Positions 26,950-37,071 of a stretch of DNA of 64,000 bases are shown here, one piece after another; positions within the stretch are counted from its first letter, which is position 1, and the number at the start of each line of letters is the position of its first letter. The notes under the pieces were generated by a model. It was given only the letters and a program-made list of their open reading frames with translations, made no database searches and was not told where the DNA came from. The DNA is taken from assembly GCA_973851085.1 (NCBI GenBank), contig OZ316776.1, positions 9,548,001 to 9,612,000 of the forward strand, written 5' to 3'. The translations under genes and the position numbers were made by a program. The stretch is from Ptychomitrium polyphyllum. Lineage: Eukaryota.

Positions 26950-27340
26950 CAGTGTTGTAAACTAAAATAACACTAGAATGATATTTAAATGATGCCAAGA
27001 TGACATCAGAATGTCTTGAACTGAAATGATGTCAGAATGTAATGAGAATGACACTGGTTAAAGTGACCAGAAAATGACATTCATCAAAATGATAACAAAA
27101 TGAAATTCATCAAAATGATAACAAAATGAAATTCATCAAAATGATAACAAAATGAAATTCATTTTAACTTAAAACTCATTGATGCCATCTTTACGTCATA
27201 AAATTTTTAACCATTCTAGTATTGTTGTGATGTCATATTTACAAGTTACAGCAAGCTAATGTGGGGTAGGACAAACATTCATTTGATGTCATATCCCTAT
27301 CAAAGTGATGAAAATGACACAACAGAGATTTTAGGACAAT
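26950..27340. repeat. Inverted copy of the AAAATGACATC-type dispersed repeat, containing a perfect 26-bp x3 tandem array (27085-27162)
   Basis: caaaatgataacaaaatgaaattcat starts at 27085, 27111 and 27137. Flanks share units with 10605-10870 and 61110-61190. Confidence 0.7.
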
Positions 27341-29340
27341 TGTCTAAAATGTTTCCCTTGATGCAAGATCCTACTATCTTTCTCTCTATGTACAGGTTCA
27401 TCAGTCAGTAGCGCAGTCACGATGAATAAAATGAATAAATCTTATCCCTTTCTACCTGAATGTGCACATATCATCATCATCATCATTCCTTATTCCTTCA
27501 TATCTATTGGTTAAGTTTCAACAAGTGTAATGCCTGTCATAAGCCTTCCAAACTCTCCTTGCCAACTCATGTGGGCCCTGCTCCCTCTTATCACAACAAG
27601 GAACATTTTATACACATGGAAGCTTGTCCACTAAGATTTATGAGTCAAGCCGCTTGTTTGCTTACAGGTGGGGAGTTCACTGTGAATACCAAAGATGGGA
27701 AAGGAAGCATCACACAACTAGGTGTATATTGCTTGCGTCCTATGTCTGAGTTTTTTATGTCTGGAAGTATGATGGGGATGGAAGTCAAGGAAAATTCTGG
27801 AGGGTACAAAAAGGAGGTGTAAAATTCAAACACGTACAGAAGTTGAGTTGTTGTTTGCTGAGTCAAATACTGGCACATATGAAACTCATGTGGATGTCTG
27901 TTTCAATGAGTTAACAATGTGGATGCCTGTTTCAACCTGTGCTAGAATGCTCACTTTACATAGATTTCAGACCTGCAGAATTATGGTTTCAATCTCCTTG
28001 TTTGGTGTGCTCTTTGCCTTCACGTTATACTATAGTAGTATTTTAGCTATTACTGTTGGTAGGTATTGCATCTTGGAAGGTATTACCTTTGTCTGGAAAT
28101 TGAAATAAATAGATACTCAAACAAATTACCAATTTGAAACATTTGAGTTGCGAGGAACTACAAGTTGACTATGGTCCACTACTGTATATTCACTTGATTA
28201 AATTTCTAGCTGCCAGTTGATTACAGTTGATCTCAGGATCTTCATATTCTACATGATCTGCAAGAACCTTAAGTATTGCATTCTTGGGACTCATTTTCTT
28301 GAGTCACTTGGGTAATGGGCTACCAGTTAGCTTGTACCTCTCAATTAAGTGTTCAAGCATTAAACATATCCTAATCATCAATTTCATGGAGGGTGGTCCA
28401 GTTAACTACATGTACCAAAAAAGATGCCTGATGTAAGGTTGTGTACAAACATAAAACATTTCATGACCTGTCCACCATCATTTCTCTGTTCCAGCAACTG
28501 ATGAAGTCTTGACTTTTGAAGCAAGATTAGCCTTACAAAGCTCACTTTGAGCAAGAATCATGCAATTCATTCCAAGGAAGTTGTGTATAATTTTACTTCA
28601 AACTAAGCTGCTACCGAATACTGCTTGAATTGTTGCCCCATTCCCTGAGTCACATGCAAAAAATACCATTCTGATTCTACCACTAAGGGTATTTTAAATG
28701 GGTGGTTGCCTATCAATCATTGCATGAAGAGTTGTGCAGAGCCTCTACAAATTTCTAACTGTAGAGCTGCTCTTCCAACAATTGCAAGCAGGCAATTTCA
28801 AAACGAGGGATTTATTAGGGTGATACTATTCTCCTTGCATGTGATAAGCAGGAACTTGGAATGTTCAGCAGAACCTCCAAAAATGCTACAATATGAGGAC
28901 GCATGTTCTGTAAAATTGCCAATTGCAGTGGATTAGCTCAACTTCAATGTTCAGGTTCTGTGCAGCTTGGATTCTATGGGTAAAATGGACCAACATCTGA
29001 CTGTCTCTTGGAAACTTTTAACTTATCTATCTGAATCTTGAATCACTTCCAAGTTCCAACTTAGTATTACCCAAAACAAGGCTGAAAATTTGATTGGCAA
29101 ATCCTTGCAAATGCCTAACTGATTTATCCTGTTTGTAATTCTATGCTGTGTCTAAGATAAGTTGTGTTACACAACTGACCAGCTAATCCATCAAATAGAC
29201 ATTCAGGCTCCAATTCCAGTGGTTAAATTAAGAACATGTCAATTCTCAGATTCTGAGTTGCCATGTTATAAGTGCATAAGATTTGTCAGCAGAAGCATCT
29301 GGTAACGTCCAAACAAGGGGGCTCACCCTTTTATTTCCTA

Positions 29341-29420
29341 CTTCATCCAATGTAGAGTAACTTCATCCAATATAGAGTAACTTCATCCAATGTAGAGTAA
29401 CTTCATCCAATGTAGAGTTA
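29341..29420. repeat. 20-bp minisatellite x4
   Basis: cttcatccaat(g/a)tagagt(a/t)a repeated four times. Confidence 0.9.
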
Positions 29421-31926
29421 CATTTGATACTTGATAAGTGTGAGGGTGAGGTTCCTTACTACTAAAGAATGTTATGTGTAAGTAAACTTGAATTGTGCAT
29501 TAGAAATGTTTGTTAGCAATTCTTAGGTTTGGGATTTATTCCATATTTGAGTGTGCACATCCCACTATTCGAAATATCAAGCACATGATCATTTGTGTGT
29601 AAAAGAAAAGAATAAAAATAAAAATAATTTACATCACATCACACCAGCATAAAGAAACATGTACTGTGAGATATCTGATTAACTTCCTGATCAAGTATGT
29701 ATCAAACATAACAGAATTTGATCCACTGGATGTATACGTACATACATTAAAAAGTACACACACATAATTATATACATAAGTATTTTTAATCTCTAACTCT
29801 TTCTGCATTAGGTTACCACATTTTCTTGAAAATTAATCTTTTACCACAAAATAGCTATCTGTAGAATCATCTTAAAAAAACATGATAGTATCATGTAAAA
29901 ATGCTTGAATGCTCATATTTTGTAGAACAAAGAGTTGGAATACAATGGCCTTGTTTAGATTGGGGTTTCTGGATCAAAATGAAAGAGGTTTTATAGCTCA
30001 TTGGTTGCAAATCTTTAGAATTGTCAATTTTGCTACTTGAATCACAATTAAAGATGTTCGATATAAGTGATTTTATGCAAAATACTAGGTACTCCTTTTA
30101 AAATATAATTAAATTCAAAAATGGAGGTGATAAGAAGAAAAACTTCTTTAAAACAATATAAATGATCTCAATCTTTTTAAAAGGAAGACATGTAATTTTT
30201 TATATTTTATGGATTCATAATGTTTTCTTATTAAAAATGTATGATGTAACACTCAAAATATGAAAAAAACAATAATCAAATTCAGAATTTAGTGCTATGA
30301 ACAAGTTGAGAAGATATTGATTATAATATTGTTTAGAATCTAAGTCTAATTTAGCCATGAGCATATAGATGCGAATAAAAACAACTTGCAAATAAAAACA
30401 TGTGGGGTTTTTTTTTTTTGGTCATTTTTCATAATTTTGGAAAAAACAACAAATAATATCAATTAAATTTCTAATTAATTTTTGTTGTTAAGCCATTAAA
30501 AGTCATTCTTCCAAAATTAGAACCAATAAATTCTAAACATTTCAAGGAAAAAAAATCCAACAAATAATTGGAATGTGTAACATTCTTAACAATTGTTCAA
30601 ATACCTTTTCTTACTTAAGTACAATTCTTATACAAATCCTTGTTTAAATTGAAAGAAGGAATACTTATGCATCAAGTTATTAAATTAGAGTCATGTTTTA
30701 ATACATCACAATAGCCACATTTCCATACTATCATTTACTATTAGTTTTTCACCTTTTCACTTTTTGTTTTGTTTTTTGAGTTAGTTCTGATTTGTGTTTT
30801 TGTTTTGACACGAGCCACCTTCACCGATCACGGGAGTTGCTTAAACTGCTACCTTGAGAAGAATGCTTTGGAAATTGACGTTACCTTATAATGTGTAATT
30901 AAGTGTTTAAAAACAAAAAGGAAGAAAAATAGGTATTACTTTTGTTACCTATTCTAAGAACCAAAACCGTTTAAAATTTCCAGCCTGCAAGAAAGAAAAT
31001 ATGCCAAGTCCCTTTCCTTTATGCAAAAGGGACACTATCTATGTAATATGTATAATTTAAAATTCAAATGTAAGCCTATTGTAGATAAACTCGACAGTGA
31101 CAGCTCTGAGGATGCATCCTTGAAAAGTAATGACACGGGAGGTTAGCCCAGAGCAAAACTACAAATACACTGGTGTTTGATATCTTTTGCTATCACCTTC
31201 TCCACAAATGAAAGCTAGTTTCTTTTATTTTCTTTAACACAACAGGATAACCTCAGGTAGTGAGGGGCTGATGTTCTTCTCATTAACTTCATATTTTCTT
31301 TTTCAGAAAATAACACTACAAACTCCGTAATCACCCGACTCGGTAGGCCCCGCCCTACCCAAAATAACTCGGACTCCTATCGCAAGAGAACCAAACCCCA
31401 TCTAAACTGTCAACCGCCACTATTGGACCCAAAGATAAAATAAAAGAAAAGATAACCGTCTTTCAAACGAGTCGGATCCCCAACGCTGATATTTCTTTTT
31501 TCCCGATCTCCGACGACGATTCCCGACGCAAACTGCTCCCTTGCCATCGATGGATTCGTCGAGGCCAAAGTGAACCTACGGCAGTAACTTGTACTTGATT
31601 TGTCGTCGTCCGAGGTGGCGTGGTAATCTCCAAGCCTGAGGAGAGGAAGAATCAGAAAAGGAATTGATTGGTTTCCAGTACAAAGCTGGTCGGGCGTTTC
31701 CAGTCTGCATAAATTCGGAGGGTTGTGGTGTTGCACCAAAACGGATTGCGAACTCAGACTTGGATGAGTGAGAGATCCGGGATTGCAATCCGGAAGCAAC
31801 GATGGGATATGGTGTTTCACCTCGGAGTGGTCATGGTAGGCATGCAGTACAGACTGAGCTTGCCGATGTGCATTCTGTAGTGGTGTAGTGTATTTTGAGT
31901 TGAGAGAGTTGTTCGTGAGTGTGGCT

Positions 31927-33708
31927 ATGGCGCAAGGTATGAGCTCCGTGGTGCATGGGTCTGGGGTGGTGGCGACTGGTGTTGTGGTTGGGAGTGGGCA
32001 GCATGGGAGGAGAGTGGCGGGTTTAGTAGGGGGTTTGGGTGGAGACGTGAAGATTTGTGTTGACGTTGGGAGGCGGTTTGGGAGGTCGTGGTCGTGTGTT
32101 TTGCGTCATGGTGGGGTTCGCTGTGAGGCGGGGGGGATGTCGGAGCCCGTGACGGCGTATGCTGCGACGCTCACGGTGCCAGGAGTGGATGTGGAGAATG
32201 GGGGGATGGGCAATGCTGTGGTGGTGGCGCATGAGGAAGGCGGATTCGACCAGTTGATGAGCACGCACCAGCTCGCGACGCGGCCTGCAGCGGCGGTGGA
32301 GGAGGAGCATGCTTGGCTGGCGATGGTGGAGGCAGGAAATGGGAAGAGTGCGGCTGTGGTGGAGAAAGTGAGTGCCGCACAAGATTTGTCGAATTCATCG
32401 TTGCCGGTGGCGAATCCTGTTCCTTCAAATACTGCGACGTTGGTGACGGAGGATGCGCTGTCGGCGGAGCAGCTGAAGCAAGCGTCGGCGAGCAAGGGCG
32501 GAATGCGGTGGAACATGTTATTGAGCACCGAGGCTCTTGAGGATGCGCACCTGTTCCGCGCCTCCAGCGTCACGGATGCGCACGTCCTGCGCAGGAAGGG
32601 GCGCCTCAAAGAGCAAGACGGGCTCATCGAGTTCATTATCTCGATGCACTCCACGCACTCGCCATTCCAGGTGATGGAGAAGGTGGAGCGTTGGGTGCGT
32701 GAGCACGTCGCGGATCCTAAGCGTAGCACGCTCAACCGCCTCATCCCACACATGGGCCCGCGGTTCCACACTCCGCTTCCCCTCGTCCGCGCGCTTCATG
32801 AATACGACGAGTTCGCGTCTCTGTCGCGACGCAAGTACGTTCCTCCCAATTTTGCCGAGGTTCGTCATGTGCTCAACATCGCGCAAGTGCACGCCATAGC
32901 CGAGAAACTATCTCTGATTACCTTTGACGCTGATGGCACCATTTATGCCGATGGGCACCACATCCAAGGTGACAACAAGATGATTGGGCACATCATCAAG
33001 CTGATGCGCGAAGGAGTCCAAGTCGCCATTGTCACCGCGGCTGGATATCCCGGCAACGCCGCGAAATTTGAAGGGCGCTTGGCTGGACTACTTGAAGCCT
33101 TCAAGGTGCTCCAACTCCCGCCGATCATCAGGCGGTTGTTTCATGTCATGGGCGGCGAGTGCAACTACCTGCTGCGCGTGAATTCTGAGTACAGGCTCGA
33201 GTTCGTCCCCGACGAGCTCTGGAAATCGCCGGACATGCTGGCGTGGAGCGAAGACGAAGTGAAGGAACTTCTGGACAACGCGGAGCGATCGCTGAGATCC
33301 GCCGCCGCCAGGCTGCGCGTCCCGATCGACATCGTCCGCAAGCCCCGCGCCGTGGGCGCAGTGCCCAAGGACCCCACTATTTACGAAGTCTTGGAAGAGA
33401 TGGCGCTTACAGTGCAAGTGCAGCTCATGCAATCGGGTCTCCCCTTCTGCGCCTTCAACGGCGGCAACGACGTCTTCGTCGATGTTGGCAACAAATCAGT
33501 CGGCCTGCGAGCGCTCATGAAATTTCTTAACACGAAATGCTGTGAGACGCTGCATGTTGGAGATCGCTTCACCGTGAGCGGCAACGACATGGCCACGCGA
33601 TCTCAATGCTCCATCCTCTGGGTTGCAAATCCTGAGGAAACGGCTTTTTTCGCTCGTCTCTTGCTTCGCGACATCCGTCTGGCGAAGCTGAACCAATACA
33701 TCGAATGA
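31927..33708 (+). CDS. ISN1: IMP-specific 5'-nucleotidase (ISN1 family, HAD superfamily) with N-terminal transit-peptide-like extension; intronless
   Basis: 593-aa ORF from ATG 31927. HAD motif I ITFDADGTIY, motif II IVTAAGYP, MGGECNYL, CAFNGGNDVFVDVGNKS, LHVGDRF…GND…R, plus an N-terminal RLKEQDGLIEFI segment typical of ISN1. Confidence 0.9.
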   Translation: MAQGMSSVVHGSGVVATGVVVGSGQHGRRVAGLVGGLGGDVKICVDVGRRFGRSWSCVLRHGGVRCEAGGMSEPVTAYAATLTVPGVDVENGGMGNAVVVAHEEGGFDQLMSTHQLATRPAAAVEEEHAWLAMVEAGNGKSAAVVEKVSAAQDLSNSSLPVANPVPSNTATLVTEDALSAEQLKQASASKGGMRWNMLLSTEALEDAHLFRASSVTDAHVLRRKGRLKEQDGLIEFIISMHSTHSPFQVMEKVERWVREHVADPKRSTLNRLIPHMGPRFHTPLPLVRALHEYDEFASLSRRKYVPPNFAEVRHVLNIAQVHAIAEKLSLITFDADGTIYADGHHIQGDNKMIGHIIKLMREGVQVAIVTAAGYPGNAAKFEGRLAGLLEAFKVLQLPPIIRRLFHVMGGECNYLLRVNSEYRLEFVPDELWKSPDMLAWSEDEVKELLDNAERSLRSAAARLRVPIDIVRKPRAVGAVPKDPTIYEVLEEMALTVQVQLMQSGLPFCAFNGGNDVFVDVGNKSVGLRALMKFLNTKCCETLHVGDRFTVSGNDMATRSQCSILWVANPEETAFFARLLLRDIRLAKLNQYIE

Positions 33709-33752
33709 GCACCAAAATTCATATCCGGACGAGCAGTTACCATCCACTTCAC

Positions 33753-34333
33753 GATCAGAGCGCCCCCCGTGAACTCGGACGTCGGCCAGCGCGGTGGGAA
33801 TATTTATTCAACACCCCTCCGCCATGATCTGTTGTGAGTACAGGAATTTATTGTTGCATAGAGCAGAACCAGCTGTGCGAGAGAAGGGTGCTCGCTATAG
33901 CCGGCTGCCCTTCTTCAGTGTGTTTTTCTAAACTTTCTTGGTTTGTTGTGACGATTCTCTGCTTGATCAGTAGTGCCCCTTGTAACCTCGGACGTCGGCC
34001 TGCGCGGAGAGATTATTTATCCTGTCCCCGCCGTGATCTGTGGACGATACTATTCTGTCTGTACACGAAATTATTATTATATAGAATAGAGTACGAGTGC
34101 GAGAGAACGGTGCCCGACATAGCCTGGCGCTCGTCGTCAGTTGAATCATTTGGTGTGTGTTTTGTAATCTTTTGTAGTTTGTTTGGTAATATTCTGCTTG
34201 ATCATAGCGCCCCCCGTAACCACGGACGTCGGCCAGCGCGGAGAGACTATTTATTCGCTCTCTCTCCATTATGCTCTGTAGTTTTTTCCTTTAGCTAATT
34301 TTCCTTAATTTGTTTTGATGATTCTCTGCTTGA
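33753..34333 (+). repeat. Degenerate ~210-235-bp tandem repeat with conserved structured cores, 3' of ISN1 (candidate cis-regulatory RNA)
   Basis: Motif A copies at 33753-33829, 33965-34038 and 34200-34276 share CGGACGTCGGCC(A/T)GCGCGG. Hairpin B copies lie at ~33879-33918 and ~34101-34141. A T-rich tract ending in CTGCTTGA precedes copies 2 and 3 and recurs at 34310-34333. Confidence 0.85.
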
Positions 34334-36534
34334 AGGGAGTAGAGGTGGATCCTGGATTTGGAGGCGGTATAAGTGGCATGTATGGATACTTTAGTGAGAA
34401 ATCGGAAGAGGTGGGATTCATAGATCGATGAAAGAGAGCGGAACTGCACGAGTTGCAGCTGCTCTATACGAGAGATGTCAAAGAGACGTCCACGAGTATG
34501 TAAATGTGTACCAAGAGGTTTTCGAAGGTGTACCCCATGAAAAAGTTAATACATACATATGGGTTGCCGTTATGATATCTTCTCTTTGTGTGTACTGTGC
34601 AGTAACCGGTGTTGTTGATGTGCTAGCTCTGTTTTGGAGCAATGGAATGGAGTTCTTTGTAAGTAGTTAGTTATAGTTTCTGCAGAGAAGTCTTGGTTTT
34701 CGTGGCTTAAAGACTGTTTGTTGTTATGATGTAAAGTTTCCACTTTGCTGCGTGAATTGCTTTCTGAAGTGAAGTTACTGTAGTGAAGGCATGTATTGCG
34801 TATCTCCTGCACACACGCAAGTTTGCAACTTCGAATTAAGTAATGGAGTTTTAAATCCTCGAAATACCGTTCCTTGGTAACTGTCTCACGTGGAGCAGTG
34901 CCTGGAACTCTGGACCTCAATCACTGTGACTTGTCGGACAACTCAATATTCAAACAATCAGCAACAGTGTTATTCACTATTGTAGTAGCACTGTTGCACA
35001 TCTAAATTACGGTATTGAAGTGGAATTAACGTGCAGATGGTGAGGTTCATTGTAGTAGTAACCAGTACATCAGCTGCATGCACACGCAAGAATGATTCCT
35101 CAAAGCATATACACTAAGAACTATGTCATTCCAAGAACATTTTCTCTGCCACTGTTCCTAAAGTCTGCATCACATATCTGCATCGTATCCTTTTGTTGTT
35201 CAGCATATTACGGATTTCTACCTGAACCTACACAATGCGCAGCAGGCCCAGCAATCTATGAAGGCAACATCTGCACTGTGCATCTCATGGTTCAATTTTC
35301 GAAGCAATCCTTGTGTACCGTGATCACACTCTCCTGAGATATTTATTACATACTCAAACGGAACATGTTTGACCCGGCGAATCATCACACCTTGAAAGCA
35401 CATGTGCTTCTCGCTTGCATATCTAAACATCCAATGCATGGCAAGTGCAATAAGCCTGGATGGATATCACGGAAGTAGGGTGTGTACCGAAAGCCGTCGC
35501 CATTTCCAAAACCGACATTCCAAAGTCCAAGTTTCTGACATCTATCCAACGCATTGAGCATGTATGATGTCTGTTTTGGAAAATCATCACACAAGTCACC
35601 CCCTCTACATCCCCTTTGATTCAGTATTAATTTAATTAAAACATGTGTTAATACTAAAAATACTTTAGAGTTGTTTGTTGAGCATAACTCCCTCATCTTG
35701 TACTTCTAGAGCATGTTTTTTTAAAAATAAATAATAATTTCTAATAAGTTATGACAATAGGATTAAAGTACTTTTAGTTTGAAAGAGTATTAGAGAGAGC
35801 ATTGAATACATAGGGCAAACTCAAGGGTGGCTTAGAAAGCTTAGGTAGCTTTCAAAAGGCTCAAAATTAGAGACTCCCTAATAATGTCCCAACATCGTAA
35901 AGGTTATTAATTTTTTTGTCAAAATACACTATAAAATTCATTTTCTCATAGAAAGAGGACTTAAGGAATAGCTTTACTATTTTGATATTTATCTTATTGA
36001 TTTGGAATAATTTTATTTACACAACTTAATTATATGAAATGTTATTTGTAAAATTTCATATTGCAATATAATTTCTTAGTGAAATTCCAATGTATGTTTT
36101 TTACGTGTATTAAATTACATTTAAATTGTATTAAAATAATACAACAAAAATGATGAAGTTTCAATATATTAATGACAATAATAGAAGAAACTTGAATCTA
36201 TTTTGAATTTTGGATGTTGCCGTTAATGATGAACAAATTGTACATAAATACAATTATTAATTCTTTTAAACTTGGCATTATTCATGGAAATCCGTTTTCA
36301 CAAGAGAAAGGTGTTTATTTTATACTCTATGATAATAAATAACTTTTCTTTGGATTATTTTCAAATTATATTAAATAACAATTCATGATTAAAAAAAAAC
36401 AACAATAATAAAACAATGAATTAATAAAATTTTGTAATATTGTCTTTAGTTGGAATATACTATTATAATAAATAGGTCTGAATAGATTATTGAAAGCAAA
36501 TTTGATATGAAAGTATAAGTTTCAAAGTTTTTAA

Positions 36535-37071
36535 TGTCACGGACATAGATCATACAATATAGTCTTTAAAACCTTCTCAAACCTTTTGATATATTATAAT
36601 AGTTTCTTAGAATACTTTCAATGTCTCCATAGCCGTTTCCATGTTCTTAAAAAACTTCCTAGGAAAGTTTCACTACCTCAAGAATCTTCCTAGGAAGGTT
36701 CTACTTCCTTGAAAAACTTCCTAAAAAGTTCCACAACCTTATGTAACTTCTAAAAAAGGTTCTGACTCTTTGGAAGTTACTTAAGAAGGTTCCAACATCT
36801 TGAGAAATTTCTTGGGAAGGTTCCATAGACTTCTAAAACATTCTTAAACCTTATTAGAAGCTTTTTAAGAAGTATCTTAAGAAATACAAGCGTCATAGTA
36901 TAAATAGAAGGTAAGACAAGGTTTTCCTTAGTTTTTCCAACACAAGTTATGGATTATAGTGTATCTTGCCTTGCTCTAGTCTTTGTACTAGTTCTTGTTA
37001 ATCATTAACTCTTCAGAAGCTAATTCTCGGAAAACACTTCGTTTTGCTTCTTATTTCTTGTGTTCCTTATA
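36535..37071 (+). repeat. 5' LTR
   Basis: Begins TGTCACGGACATAGATC and is colinear with 43762-44302. Confidence 0.88.

Noticed and set aside
23800..29300. Scattered short ORFs in the long intergenic region
   Set aside because: No consistent exon chain or recognisable domain. These may be very old TE or gene debris.
32023..33747. Several overlapping antisense ORFs within ISN1 (also within 5905-7533)
   Set aside because: These are expected shadow ORFs of GC-rich coding sequence.
33753..34276. ISN1 3' repeats as a CRISPR array, ZTP riboswitch (minus strand reads CGCGCUGGCCG…GGGGGCGC), H/ACA snoRNA or known ribozyme
   Set aside because: The spacing is too long and the spacers are mutually similar, so it is not CRISPR. 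The ZTP-like resemblance is antisense to ISN1 and lacks the 3' CGCCUGGG pseudoknot hairpin. AGAGAA fits an H box but there is no terminal ACA. No hammerhead, HDV or twister core was found. A DNA-level role for the GACGTC palindrome (C-box) is not excluded.
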